From Amoebophrya sp. A120 (lineage: Eukaryota > Protista > Dinoflagellata): a stretch of 64,000 nucleotides of DNA. The stretch is from assembly GCA_905178155.1 (NCBI GenBank), contig CAJINV010000001.1:10534311-10598310 (forward strand). Direction: 5' to 3'. How positions within the stretch are numbered: the first letter of the stretch is position 1; every line of letters starts with the position of its first letter. The notes under the pieces were generated by a model, which was given only the letters and a program-made list of their open reading frames with translations, did not search any database and had not been told where the DNA came from. Below, in pieces: positions 11,801 to 26,800 of this stretch. Both the position numbers and the translations under genes were made by a program.

Positions 11801-14800
11801 TTGGCCAGCACGCCACTGAAGTCGTCAAACCTCTCCTCGCCGGCCAGGCCCGCCCAGGTGCGCGACCTCGTACAGTTAGGCCTGGATGGCAAACACAAAT
11901 CCGGCGCGACTTCCCACCTTAGCTCGTCGATGCCAGCAAGCCCCGCGACGGTCGCGATTGCCCCGCCCTCCAGCCACAAAGCAGATCGCGATCAAAGCTT
12001 CGCGACGCCGCCTCTACTGGACAAGAGCAACCTGGACGATCCGCCGGTCCCCATCGACGCAATCAAAGCCACTGAGTACGAGCAGGTCAATTTCGACCCA
12101 CTGCACAGAAATGTTCCTTTCGAACTCACAGACGACCAGAAAAAGCTGCCGCCAAAAATCCAGTTTCTCCTCTACGTGAAGCACAAACTGTGGATCTTCG
12201 AACATCGCTGTCTCTACAACGAAGTGGCTCGGCAGCGCCGTCTCGCAGTGCGGCAGCACTGTTTGAACCGCGGTGTGGAGGTCGATCAGCGGGGGAAGAT
12301 GCTCTTCAGCGTGGCGCAAGTCGATAGCAGCCCGTTTCTGTCAACCGCCGGTGGCGCCGGACCGGGTGGGCCTGGCAGCAGCGGTGCGCAATCTAGAGCG
12401 ACCGACGACATCTCGCCCGGCATGTGGGCTGGCTTGTGCCATCCCGCGAAGAACCCGAGTCTCGCGGAAAGTGGGCGTCGCAATTCTTCTTCTCGGTCGC
12501 TATTGGACGGAGCGGGCACCAGTCCTAGCGTTCCGGGTGAGTTCAGCTCAGACGAGAGCAATCCCGGCGCGATCAAATCTTGCGCGCGGCGCGTGCGGGG
12601 CGGCAGTGCCTCACCCGCAGCAGCAGAGCGACGCGGGCGCCCCCGGTCGAAGTCAAAGCACAAGAAGCGCGAAGGACACGCCTCCCACCCAGCGAGAATT
12701 CCGCGATCGTCCCTGGACAGTGGAAAGGGGCAAACCACTGCAGATTACGACGCATCAAATTGGGACCTGGACAAGCTGCTTGATGGCGACCTGCTACATG
12801 CAGAGACTTACTACGACACGAGCTTGCTGCTGGATCTCCGTATCCTAAACGCAACCGTCGTGATCAAGAACGATCGAGAGGAAACCGATGGCAGTACCGC
12901 AGCCGCACCGTCTTCCACGGACGAAAAAGCGGGTGTGGAGTTCGGCCTGAACGTGTCTGCCGTGCAGTACACACTGGAAATCGCCGGTGCGCAAACCGGA
13001 CAGCTGCCGGTCCAGATGGAAGTCATTTTGCAAAACGCCATTGCGTCCGTGCAGCACACGGCGTTGCTGGTGAATCCCAGCAACTACAAAATTTTACGAC
13101 AGGAACTGCACCGCCCGATCTGCATCCTGGCACACAGAAACATCGTGCCACCGGAGGATCCGAAAGCGTTCAAAAGGAGACGAAGCAGCAAAGAAAACAA
13201 ACTCGCAGCGAGCAACGCGCCTTCTTTGGAAAGCAAGCTGAGCAAGCAGTTGAGCGAGTATCGGGTACACACGTCGAAGAACAATCAATTCCTCTACTTC
13301 CCCTACGGCAACTTGCACATAGACGACGAGGCCGTCGAGTACGCGGAGGTGCTGCAAAGCGGAGCAGCGAAACTTCCCTTTGATCTTACCAAGAGGAAAT
13401 CAAAAGTGGACGGCGACGGCATTGTGTACTTGCGAATGGAAATCGGGGTGCCTGAGCTCGAGGTTTTAGATTTGACCGAGCCCTCGGGCCGGACGCACGT
13501 CCACATTTTGTCCGATACGGTGACGAGAAACTGTTTGATCTACACCCCGCAGAGCCAGGTCGACGATTATTGGAAGTATCTGAACTACGACCAGCACGTA
13601 GCGCTGTTGGCAGAAAAAGACGCAAAGAATGTTGCAACTACTTCCACGACTTTGCCGCAGACGCTGTACCCAGATAAAGAACAAAATCTTCCTTTCGCAG
13701 GTGAAAACTATGCCACCTCTACTGCGAAAAAGCTCCTCCGAAAATCTGCGAGTTCCGACACGGCTTTTGATTGGATCGCATCGAGTGCTACAGGTGGCAC
13801 CCTGGACAACGAGCGTCTATTGCTCGCGGCGTATTTGCGACGAAATTGCGGCGTGAACTGCCTCCGGCTCTTCACTCCCCTAGCTTTGCTGCTAAAAACC
13901 GTTTCGCTGATCCAGGAGGCCCTGAACCTGGGCGACCAGACCGCGGACGCGGAGCGGCACGCGGCCGTGGCTGCCAAAAATTTGTATGAATGTTTTCAGC
14001 TCGCGGAGTTCATCATGGAGACGGATATGGAAGCACATCCCGCGCTCGCGGTCGTCGGGCGACGCGGGAAAACCCCGGGCGGCGTGCCGGCGCTGCTGCA
14101 CGAAGTGCAGAAAGCGGTCATTCGGAAAGCGAATGGCGTGTACTCAGATTCCGCTTCCGCTTCCTTCTCGTCCGACACTTCTTCTGCGGAAGAAGATTTT
14201 TCCGACCTCGCAACCGCTACCACCGAAGACCTGCGCACTCGGCTGGCGATCTTGGCGTTGCACCGGGACCGGGAAAGCTACATTTTGTACAACCACTTGC
14301 ACGACTTTTACTCCAAAAGAGGGCAGAAGGCGTCGCGCGCTACACTACCTCGACCTCCGCCGTCGTCCTCGGGTATTAACGACAGAGTGACACTCGCACA
14401 ATCGTCGTCGAGCCCGCACAGTACTAACGTCAAATCAGCTACTACGATTCGAGACCACTTCGAACAGGACACTTCGCATGGCACACTCTTTAACAGCAAA
14501 CCCGCGTCTGACCCCCCGCCACAGATGAGTAAAGACAATGCATCAAACTCGCCGAAACTACAACTCGTTCCGGCAGCGGCCGCAAGTGGCAATATTCCGC
14601 AACCGCCCCCGATGCATTCGTCCAGCGTGGTGGAGCCGGATACAAGTTGGAACTTATTACAGTGAAAAATGCCCCCACCCCCAAAGTTGCAAAAACATGT
14701 GATGCGAAGTTTCCAAATGAAAACTTTTTGTCATGCATGAAAGGAGTATGAATCTTTCTGATGCAGAGTCTAGGCGTGTATCGCATCGCTTGCATGACAA

Positions 14801-17800
14801 GCACCGCTCCTGCTGGGGTTCTTTGCAATACAAATTTTTGCGTATTCACGATTGGAAACCTGTGATGCTAATAGATGCAAGAGGGCGAATGTTTCATTTG
14901 GAAAGGTTTGCAATACAAATGCTCCCAAGTTCGGTGGTGGGGGCATTTTTCATTGTAATAGAACTTGTCCACGATTCACGGGGAAGCCGAGCCGGAGGTA
15001 ATCAAAGTGAGCAACTCCTTGGTCCTGTCGAAAGCGTTCGACGAGGAAAACACGACGTTCAACACCGGCATGGATGAGTTAAACGCTTCCATAGCCGCCG
15101 GTGCGCAGTCCATGCAAGGACAACTTGCGGATCATGGCGCACAGAGACCTCCTGACGGACCGCAGGACCTCCTGCGCAATGCCGGAATATTGCCGCAAGT
15201 AGAAGACAAGAACTCGTCCGGACCAGAACTCCCGGACCCCTATGAAGTCATGTTTGAGTTTTTGGATACGCGAAAGCTCTACCAGGCCATGGGTGCGCGG
15301 CAACGGACGTGGACGGCCTTACGGCTGCAGCCGCCCGCGGACTACTACATCGAAGCGGACAACGGCATCGAAATTACCGTTCCGGAGAGTGAACAGGACC
15401 CGTTCCAAGACCCGCAAATGGGAAGCTCCCGGAAGTCGCGAAGAGCCAGCAAATTTGGTGCGGCCGCCGGTGCTGCGCTGTTGGCCACGTCCTTGATGGG
15501 TGGAGAAAACAAGAAGGGAAAGCGCAAACGCCATAGTGTAGCTTCCGCAGATTCCACCGATGGGCTGGGAGTAGCGTCCGTGGGAACGTCACCAATGAAC
15601 AAGCAGAAAAGTCGGCGCGGCACCACGCAATTTGCGAAGGACGCGGCATTCGGACGGAAGGAAAGCACACTCAGAAAACAGGACACGACAGATGTGCACA
15701 TGCCGGGCGAGTACCAGAAGCACGGTTCGTTGTCGCGACTCCGATCACTGCACAAGAGCGATCCCGCTTTTTCCAGTGAACTAGGCGTCACTCTGAACAT
15801 AAGCCGCATCGCGGTGTGGAGCTCAAACGAGCCGCGGTTCGTTTACCAAACTGACCCAACCACGCGCGACCTCTTTATTCTCGAGAACACGCGACACCCG
15901 CTCGAGGGCGCGCTCGAGCTGCTACAGTCGCCGCTTTTCGCTCCAACGCTGGAAAATCACCGACAAGTAGCACAACGAGGAACTGCACCAAGACCTTCGA
16001 GCTTCTTCTACCGATCGTCCGATAGTACAATGTACAACTCTCAAATGAAAACCGTTTTCACAGAGGCGAAAAGCCACGACTCCCTAGCCTCGCTCGCGAC
16101 TACCTCTCATTTTTCGACTGGAACGGAAAGTTTTCTCGAACGCGTGCCGCCATTGCTGGAAGAATTGCGGAAAGCGGCGGAAGCGGACTTTCACCTGTAT
16201 GACAATCTGGTCGCGGAGCTGGTGTTTCAGTCGACCTTCGTCCAGTCTGATGCAAAATCTAACTTTCTGTACAACCCGAATACGCTAGCTAGGCAATTTT
16301 TCGAGAAGCACGAAGTTTTGCAAAGACGCTCCTCCGAGTGGCTCCGGGCACACGATCTAAAGGAATTTGCCCCCGAAGCGCCACAGGGCTTCTTCAATCG
16401 CCTGATGGGCGCTGGTGCGGGCTCACCAACCGGCACGGCCGCAGCGAAAGTGTTGCAGAGTGTGGCGGAAGAGGAAAGAGATTTGCTGAATGCCACTGCT
16501 TTTCCAGACATGCGGGTGGCCGATCCTATCGGATATTTGATGCACAGCCAGCTCGGCAACGTCACCACGGCGGACGACACCTTCGCGAGCCTACGGGGCT
16601 TCTGGAACATCGCCCACGTAGATGACCACGATGCGAGCGCCGAGCACGACGATCCCACGGCCTTCAACTACTTTTCCCCGAAGTGGAGCGTGCGTGCGCC
16701 CGCCAACGCAAAAGTGTTGGCACGGTTGGACGCCCAGGAGCGAGAGAAGGCACGCAAAGACGTGCACAAGAGCAAAATCAACACGCTGATATCCAGCCAT
16801 CAGAGCTTTCGGAACATGAACCGACTTGGAAGCGGTGCGGGGAGCCGCAGCGCGGGCGCCAGCGGTGTCTCGTTCGACGTGGACGAGGAAGAGGCAGAGA
16901 AGATGAAACGGCGTCGCGAACACGACGGTGAGCCGGGCCTCCACGAATCCCCTTTGGATTTGATCCATCCGTCCGGTTTTCGCATCGTCTGGCGCAATGG
17001 CCGTTGCCAGAGTCTGAAGCGGATCGACCTTCCGAGCCACGTCGTCTCTGTGATCCTGGCGCCACTGCGGATTGACATTGACACGCCAAAGTTGCTGAGT
17101 CTGACGCGCATCGTCGTTGCAATTCAGGTGGGTCTGGACAGTGCGAAAGATATCACCGAGAACATTCAGCGCGCACGTGGTGCCAGTATCACCCCCTCCG
17201 CGGGCTTGAGTCCGTCGCGCCGCTCGTCGGTGGGTTCTTCCGGTGCGGGGTCGGTTCCCGAAGAACAATCACGTCCAGGTTCGAAGAACGCCCCGCCACC
17301 CCCTCCTGCGGTGGAACGCACACTTAGTCACGACACGCATAGCGACACGGAGCAGGCAGCAGTCAGTGGCGCTGGCTCGCCCAGCAGCGACAGCCCGCAA
17401 CCGGAAGAACTCGGGAGCGCACGGCCTGGCGATGGTGCAACTACTGGTCGACGACCTTCCATTGGGGGGGAGTCGATGGGCGACGACGCACTTCAACCCG
17501 GTACCGAACCCGTACCAGCAACCGCGGGGGGTCGGCCGGAAGAAGTGTCGTACTACGTGGAACTTGATGCTAAGCAGCTTTCGCTCCACGTCTACGTCGA
17601 GAGCACGTACGAAACTTCCGGCTGCTATCTGATAGCCGGCGTTGAGGATCTGTACACCTTCGTGGTCTCTAACGAAAATATGACGCCCGGTGCTGGCGGC
17701 ATGTCACAAGAAGAAGTCATGAGGGCGCAGATGCCGCATGACCTCAACCTGTTTGACCAAGCAAGCAGCGGCATCACGCGCGTAACAAGCATGTTCGTTG

Positions 17801-20800
17801 CGCAGCTGCCTGTCACCGCCTCGGGAAACGCGTTTCTGCTCGCAGACGAAGTGTGGCAAGGAGCTGAAAAGGGTCAGAAGGGCAAGTTCGACCTCGATAA
17901 GATTGACTTGAGCAGCGCTTTGTACACGCGTCTGCTGTTCCATTGCGGTGCGGTCCCGGATTTGTTCCTCAGTTTAGACCACGCCGACTCGCAGAAACCG
18001 CTAACGCCACACGACGTCTTTTTGCATTTGCGGCCCTCACTCTTCCTCTCCGACGGCGCAAAACACAAGCCAATTACCGCTGCTGCTTTCGCTGCGGAAA
18101 CACGGACCTCGTCAACAGCGGACCAGAATCATGACGAGGCTGTGGACTACAGCAATGCGCACCGCCTCCCCTTAGACTTGTCTATCCAAAAGTTCGCGTA
18201 TCACATTGTCTCGCCGCTGCGCGCACTGTGGCCACTCGTTGCAGCGACTAAATCGATTGATTCGCAGTCGGACCAGCACCACATGGCGCACGACCACGCG
18301 CCAGGTGCCTCGTCGCGCCGCAACAGCGCGGCAGAAGAGTCTTCACACCAGCCCAAGCTCGCCGGCGACGCGAAGCACGTTTCTCAAGCAGAACTCGACG
18401 ACCTGATCCGCGCCGACCAGAGCCACGCCGTGCTGCTGCGGTACAGTAACTCCATCACCCACCTCGACCCGGAGCGCAAGCACGACGTGGCCAAGAAGCA
18501 AATAGCGAAGTCCAAGATTCCGCTGATGCAACAAGGCCGGGCCGGGGAGCAGGAACTGTTTGACATTTGGGGCTGGTCCACAAAGATCTGGCACAAGGTT
18601 CGGAACGAAAATGCAAACGCCCATTTTGGCGAAATCTGGATCGCGACATGGTGGGATCCGGTGATTCTGCTGGCAGAAATCTACAACTTCACTTGCGTTT
18701 CTGTCGAGGAAGAATTGCGCACCAGGAGACTGGGGCCAACAAAACTTTCCCCGGCTGGGCAGATGTTGACTCCTGGATCTTTTTTCCCATCGCAGCCCGG
18801 AGTAGACCACGCGGGAGAAGCCGGCGTCGCGACGAGGAAGCTTGGAATAAGGAAAGGAACAGCCGGGGCGCCGGGTGGTAGGTCGAAGGATACAAAGCCC
18901 GCCCACGAGGTGGTGCCGAAAACCCCTGATCTGGTCGTGTCTCTCCCACAAGCTGAGGCGAGCGACGGGGAGGCAGCGGAAATCAAGAGTGAGCTCCTTG
19001 CGATCAGGTTCGAGGGCGATCTTGCCACCGACCTCCCGTCGGACGAGGAGCTCGCCGAAGACAACGACGCCACAGGGTTCCGTCGCGGATCCCTGACCAG
19101 CAACCACAGCGAGTACGGCTCGGCGATAAGCAGCAGCTCGGCCGTAGGAGACCAAATCCTGAGCAGCCCCACCGACACCCCCCTACAGCCGGTTGCTCGA
19201 GAGCGGCAGCACAGCCTTGGGCATGCCGCACTAGTGCAGCAGCTCTTCCCGCCGCCCGACGACGTTTCCGCGATGGGAAGTCAGAACCACAGGGCGGAAA
19301 TGACAGTATTTGATGAAACGGCGGCCATGGTGGATCAACTCGCCACCAACAGTGGGACGTTCGTTACGGTCGACTGCACCCGTCACTTTTCGCTGCACTG
19401 CGCAGCTGTCAAGCTTTTCGTGCCTACCGACAGCGTCGAGGGTTTGCTGGTGAGTCTCTCGCTCCAGATCGGCGCAGACTTGTCCGGGGCGCTCAATATG
19501 GATCTTGCATCCAGTGTCGCAAACTTCGAGCATGACCTGCCGACGTCGAGAAAGCGGCGGATCCTTCGGCACAACGTGCTGCGTCCCACGCGCGAGGCGC
19601 TTACGAGCTACGAGAAGGAGACGTGGATGGCTGTGGTGCAGCGAAATCCAAATGTTCTCCACAAATACCTACCGGCGTACTTGGACCAAATTCACTTGAG
19701 CGGCTTCATTTCAGGCCTCAGCATCTGCTTATTGTCTGACGCTGAGGTCGGAGGCATGTCGGGACCGCGCACGACGATTGGTGCCGGTGGATACGAGAAG
19801 CCCGAGGAGGACACTTCTATCAGCGCCATCAAGCGAAAGTCGATTCTTGGGGCCGAATTCAGCGGGGTGCTCGAGGCAGACGAGGGAGCTGAAAACGACG
19901 TTCTGGATCCGGAGCTGCCGCGAGCGTCGCCAGTGAATTCTGCTTCTGTGTTAGCTACCACCAGCCAGCGAACGATCTTCGGAGAGGAGGGCGAACCGCA
20001 GCCCGTAAAGAGCACAGGTAGCCAGAGACGACCGTCGATGATGAGGCGGCAAACCGTGGCGGCGCTCCCTGACCCCTCCGACAAAGCCCACCGAATGCAG
20101 ATTCCAGACGCATCGTTTCCACTCAAGACGGCCCCCTTGGCGGGCGGTAGGACGAGTTCTCGAGCGACAGGCGGAGCTTACGCGCGTCGCAACGTGCGGC
20201 TCAGTGCCTCCGGTCGCCGCCGATCTTCCGCTACTTCCACCATGGCCGGCGCCAGCGCCCGAACCAGTATGACAACTGCAGCGACATCAATTTCCTTCGA
20301 GGATAAGAAGCGGGAGTCACTTGCGAACAAAGAGAAGGAGGAACAGAAGGCACGTTTCGAAGCGCGGGAAAGGCAAAACAAACTGGGGCGGCTGCTGAGC
20401 AGCTTCCCCTTGTCAAAGCAGGTGATCGACGACTACAGTATCTACGTCCTCCACCCAGTGCGGGTAACAACTGATCTCCTCTTGGAGAAGGTGACGCTCT
20501 TCGAGAACGTGCTGGAGAGCCACGCGCACGCCTCCGCTACGCGGCGTGGCAGCGCAGCAACAGATGCACAGTTGCTCGGGGTCGGCCAAAGTGGGCGGAG
20601 CGGTACACCGTCTGGAGCGGGTTTTCCGCATCTTGCACCGCGCGCGTCCATCGAATCCCAGGACGTCGGAGAAATGACCCACGTCCGTTTCAAGAGTCAA
20701 GCCGATACGGAGTTGCTGTACACGCCTGCCTCTCAACGTCCAGCTTTGGTTCAGGCAGTCGCAGCCTCAAACAAGCCACAGCTTCCGGTGATCGCAGAGT

Positions 20801-23800
20801 CCTCCTTTTCACCGGCGCATGATTCGAAAGCGAGCCCAACCAGCGTGGTGGAAAATTCTTTTGGCCAGGACCAAGAGTTCACGCCGATTTCCCGACAAGG
20901 TATCAGTTACGCAGAAGATTCCGCGCGGGAGCAGCACAACCTTCCGCCGCCCTCGCTGCTCGGCGGCCCGTCGCAGTCCGGCTTGCAGTTATTCAAACAG
21001 GGCGCACACTCAACGCCCTCGGTGATGCAGCGGAACGAAAGCGGGTCGTCCGCTTCGGCATCACGGACGAGATTTCCGCTCGCGGGAGACAATTTCAACC
21101 TGCAGCAGCCCGGTGGTACAACCATGAACGCGCGCCCCTCCGAGGCCTCTTCAACGACCATTGCAGGACATCCGGACGACCCGGGGTTTTTGTCCATGGA
21201 ACGCGACGGGCCGATTGTGAATACGCAGGTACAGGAGGAGCTGATGGGCCAGCAGCATGTGGACATTTACGATAAACTGGAGGAATTCTCGGAGGGGGTG
21301 CCCGTCGTCGTCCTCGACCACCGCGTCGGCGCAAACGTTGGCCCGATCGTGTTGTCTTTTCAGACTGGGTTGCTCCCACGCCTGATCTCCGTACTAGGTG
21401 TTTACACCGAAATGCAGGAGCGCATGGCGGACTTGTTCGCGAAAGAAGACACCACGACCGGCGCATCCACCACGCCGCTGGATGACATCAGTCAGGAAGA
21501 CGAATTCGCTGCGCACGAGCAGCGAGGTGAGGACGACGTGCATGATGTTGATAAGCGAGATCGCATCAACCTGACACCTCTCGATGGCAAGATGGACCAC
21601 GAGGGTGGCTCGTCCAGTAGCTCATCCAGTTCCACGACTTCCAATGACGGGCGGGTAAGGGATACCGCAAACTATGAGGATAAGGACCCCGACGACGACG
21701 GTGCAACGGGGTCGTCCTCGTTTGGAGCGACCACGTCCTCCTCCGAGCGCGAGGGGTCGGAGTCCGAAGGCGATGAACCGTGGCTGACCAGCTTGCAGGA
21801 ACGAAAAATGCCCGCGAGGCGCCTTTCGATGGAAAGCGTGGAGGGCGTCGACCAGCTCGAGTTAGCCGCCGCCCAGACGGCGCAACTGACAGGATCGGCG
21901 GAGATGGTTCGAGCTTTGGCGCAGCGCCCTGGCGGGAGCGTTGGGTTGGGAGGTGGCTCCGGAGGTGTAGACGAATCCACTGCTGCAGCGGGCCCAGATG
22001 GAGTCCTTCCGATGGACCAAAGAGGCGCTATCAGCGGTCCGGCGGCTGGCACGATGACCTTGACCGGTGGGTTTTTCTATTTGTTTGGACTACCGCACAT
22101 TTTTCTCCTGCGGATCGAGAACATCCGGCTGCAGCTTGTGGACACCCAGCGGTCGATCTCTCTGCTGGATGTCGCACTAGAGCAAACCGTTGCTCAGTTT
22201 CACCAAGTCCGGCCTGTTCTATTACCCGACCTCCTTAGGCAGCTCCTTAGCGAACCCGCGGCGCACCACCCACAACTCATGGACAGTGGCAGTAGAGCGT
22301 TCGGTTCAGTCACCTCGGTGAACAGAAACAGTGTGCAGCCCACGCGGCAAAGTGCGAATGCAGGTACAACTCCGGAAGATACAGCTGAGAGACAAGCAGA
22401 AGATCCATCAGCGGTTCCGCAGCTGACGCGCGACCCGCTGGTTTCGCTCGAGTACTTCAACGCGGCGAAGTCTCCCTTCACCGGGTTGGTGTCCATGCTG
22501 CATCCAAACATAACCTTCGGCTCGACGTTGGTCCACGCGGGGAACCGCGGATTACTCACTGCGGAAACCATGTGCTTCGTGGATGCGTTCTCCCCGCTGA
22601 ACGCAAAATCCTTCCCGTTAGTCGACACGTTCCGCATCAAGAGTTGCATGGCCTTGGATAATGACGCCCTGCTCGGCTACTACGCGCGGGTGTCTTGGAT
22701 CTCGATGAATCTCTCTCTGGACACGACGAAAACCTTCCGGCAACTGTTGGTTTCCAGTGCGATCGAGCTGCACGCGCGGTACCTCCAAATGCAAAAGCTC
22801 CGCAAGGAGCAGGCCTTGCGGACTTGGGAACAGGTTTCGGCGCTGCAGCGCGGCCAACCCTTAGAGCTGGTGTCGCCGAGTTTGACGTCTGCAGCTGCGG
22901 TCAAGGATGCGCTGGCGAAGACTCAACCGCGCGCACTGCATCTCGCGATTTCGGCAACGGACGCATTGACTTTCGAGAAGGGGAAGTTGGTCACGGCGGA
23001 GGAACTTCTCAACTCGTCGAATTCGCGATCTGCGTTTGGAAAGAATCCATCGAAGTCTAGAACCATCGGAAGAACAAGTCCACCTAATAACCCCTTTGGG
23101 AGCAGTAGAACTACGAAGACGGAAAGAAAATTCCCACTAGTCGAGGTCTTAGTGATAAAGCCGAACAACTTCCAAGATTTGGCGGCCGACACCGCCTCGT
23201 CTCCTGGCGACTGGGCTGCATCCGACGGTGCTACAACTGCAGAAGCAGTTTCGGACGCTCGAATGCTCACGCTCGGAACTGCGAAAGATCCAGCAAACAC
23301 CTACACACTGCATTCGCACGAGCTGTGCACAGCCTACCAGGACCGCCCCTTCAGTGCCACGCAGGCAGCCTCGCGGTACTGGACCCGCCACTATCCGTCG
23401 ATTTTTCGCAACTACTTGACCAACTTTCTCGACCCCGTCCAAGAAAGACGCATTCAACGGCGCTTGGGGCTGCAGCTGAGCAGCACGCTTTCGAGTGAAG
23501 CGGACCGCGAGCGAAGACGGCTTGACCCAAACTTAGAGGACGCCGAGATCGGTAGCGTTGCCACTCGGGAATCCTCTCCAGGTCTGCTTGATGACGGCAT
23601 GCGCCAAGGCCAACTACACGATAGCCAGAGCGCGCGCGGTCTGCCCTCCGTGGCATCTGCAGTTGCAGATCGCGACCTTGACAGTGTCATATCGATTGCG
23701 GGAGTCCCGGTAACGCGCAAAGGATCCCTCCTCTCGACGGTGGACGAGCGCGACGAGGCAGCTGCGTCACGTGTCGGGGACGGCATGAAAGGCAAGACGC

Positions 23801-26800
23801 CGAAATCTGTGCTCGAGGACTCCGCGAGCAACGTGGTCATGGTGCGGAATGAGCTCGGGCTGCGAATTCGCTGCAGACAGGAGCTGACGAAAGCTGACCG
23901 CGCCAGAAGATCTCTGTGGGTGAAGTCGAGTGCAAACCGCCACGGCTCCCCATCCGGCGCCGAATCTCCAGGTAGAAAAGCGATGCGCGGCTACGGGCCC
24001 GCGTCCCAATTAGTGAAGTCGCTCGTGGGTGCCACACAGTTGGGACGCAAGAACAAATCGAAAGAGGCACCAGCAGGGGCGGGTGGTGGAAGCAGTAACA
24101 GTATAAAAAAATCCACCGCCTCGTCACAGGCGGGAGCTAATAATATGCGACCGCGTCTCTACCGGTCTAAGTCGTACGACGGCTTGCCTGCTGCAAGTAG
24201 GGACAAAGAGAAGACCGCCGGCGCAGCAGGCGGCGAAGAAGAAGAAACACCAAATGAGAATGAATCTGGCATCCGACACCATATCGTGCAGAAAGGCCAC
24301 ACTTTCTCGTGTAGGAGCGAGGAGGACGACGGGAAGTCGACTAACGTGGTGCGCGGACTAACAGTCGACTTGGTGATTGGCGGGGCCATCGTCACCCTAC
24401 GGAAGTTTCACTTCGGGACGCAAAGTCTGCACATCGATGAGAAATCGGTACCCATTCAAGTGGACTCTGCAAAGGAGCGCGTGGAGAAGCAGAAGCAACG
24501 TGAGAAAGAGCTGGCAGAGAACCGCGGCCAGTCTATGCGCAGTCTTGCGTCTACGATGGACAGTCGTCGGTCTTTCGGAATGATATCAGATAAATTGTCC
24601 GACCCTGTGCAGATTCATCCACCGACCCAAGCAGGAAGCGCCGCGAGTGCTGCCACCGCTGCCAGTGCGGAAAGCACCCCAGTCGCAGCTCCTTTATCCC
24701 CGCAACTGCAGGACCGGCCCAGCTACGAGGTGTTGCAGGCGCAAAGCCACTCGTTCGGGCGGGGCACCAAGCGCGCGTTTCCGGTTCGGATTCTGAAGCG
24801 TACGGTCTTGAGTTCGAAGTCAAACCGGTTTGACATGAACCTCTCTTCCACCGTCCGCATCACAAACAACCTGAGCGTCCCCATTGTGGTGCGCAGCAGT
24901 CTCCAGATGCTCACGCAGGTTCTAGTAATTCCCGCCAAGGGCCAGGAGTGGGTGCCGCTCCCCTGGCTTTTCCCTGAGGAGTTTTACTTCGTCACCGGCT
25001 TGAGCGCGGCGAACATGTCTCTGGCGACCAACAAGGGGCTGCAAGCGCTTGCAAAGCAGGACGACCAAACACAAGAATTTGGCCTAGATTTGGACACCTT
25101 TCGCAAGAGTGTACCGAACGCACAGTCGCGGGCCACTGTAGCGCCGACGCCGGGTGCCTTCGCACCCTTCAGCACCGCCGCGGCAACCGTCTTTCCACAA
25201 GAGGGTCTCCGGCAGGCCGAGAACGTGGCAAAGATTCTTGCTAACCTGCCCTGGGACATCGTGACAGCGCAGGACGAAGTGGACGAGACTGACATGCGGT
25301 CCGGCTCGAAAAGCAAAAAGAACCGGTGTCACGAATGCTGCTGCGGGGAGAGTCGCGCGAGAAGCTCGGAACAGCACGTGGGGAAGGTGCACAGCATTTC
25401 GCGGGACGAAGATGGCATGGTGTCGCCGACATGGCGACAAGATGATCTGGACTTGCGCCACAAGACCATACTAGGCGCAACGCCAGGCAGTGACCGCAGC
25501 TCCCCCCTGCATGGGTCGCAGATGACAGATTCCCCGACCACCGTTGGTCATCGTGACAGCGATGCCGAGTTCGAAGCCGATTTGAATTCCCGGAGGAGGT
25601 CTCGGTGCAGCAAATGCGGGGGATGGATCTGCTGCGGTACCTCCAAACCCGCGATGAGCCAGCGCCAGATGGCCATCGCGAAACGGAGGTGGCCTGCACC
25701 CCTGCTCGTCGGCTTGCGGCATCGGCTCGAGGAGGATCTTGAGGCCTTCGAAATGTCGGAAGAAGCGAAGAAGTGGCGCGCAAAAGACCCTTTGAACCGG
25801 ACGGAAATCGCAGCGAAGTTGCGGGACAAGGACTGTGTGAACGTGGTGCGCCGGTCGGGCCGGTTGAAACGCTTCGTGCCCGAGCGGGTCTGGCGGCAGA
25901 TCTACACGTATGCAAACTCGAACGCGGAAACATACCACAAAATGGACGGCCACACGATCCATTTCGCCGGAAGCTCCCTCCCCTCCATGCCGCGCGTACC
26001 GGAGGCGAACAAATCTGGAGAGCTGACCGATCGTCATCCGATCGACGTCGCCGTCTCAGTTGCCGCCACCTCGGTGAACCTGAGTTCGAACACGGATGCC
26101 CTCAGCTTTGACATTCTGCTGGATTCGACCATCCAGATTTGCAACAGGCTGTGCGCCCCGTTGGTCGTCAGTGCTCAGGGCGCCCGGTTCTCCGAGGACC
26201 ACACTCAACTGGAGAAGCAGCACCGCAGTTCTCAGATGCGCAACCGAAGTCTCCTAATCGCAGAAGCAGCGAGCTCGCCCGACGACCGCAGCTTTAACGA
26301 GCAGACCCCTGCAGACGACGCGACGGCGTACGACGCTAGGCGACCTGGCTCCCCCGGCATGCACACGACATTGCGAAAAATGGCCACGGCAAGCCGCGCC
26401 AGCGGTGAAGTTTTGCAGCGGCAGCACACGCTGCCACCCGGAGCTAATGCGGAGTTGAAGCACTCACCCTTCCTGCTCACCTTCGCCTTCAACCAGGGTA
26501 CGGAGACGTTCAAAACGCAGTACCCTTTGGTTCTCGACTACCACATGCGCTCGGCGGAGAAGCCGCACCGCCTGCACTTCCGCAACCGCGAGCCGGATGT
26601 TTTGGCCCCGGGCGACGTTGCGGAGCTGAGAAGGACGGACTCAGAAAGAGCGGCCGGGAAGAAATCTTGGGCAGCATGTTGTAGCCGGAGGACTGGTCCT
26701 AGAACGCTGGACAACGAGGACGATCCGTTTGCCGCATCCAGCAGAGACGACAGTACATCGATTTCCGTGCTGTACACGTGTGACAACGCACCGGAGCGAC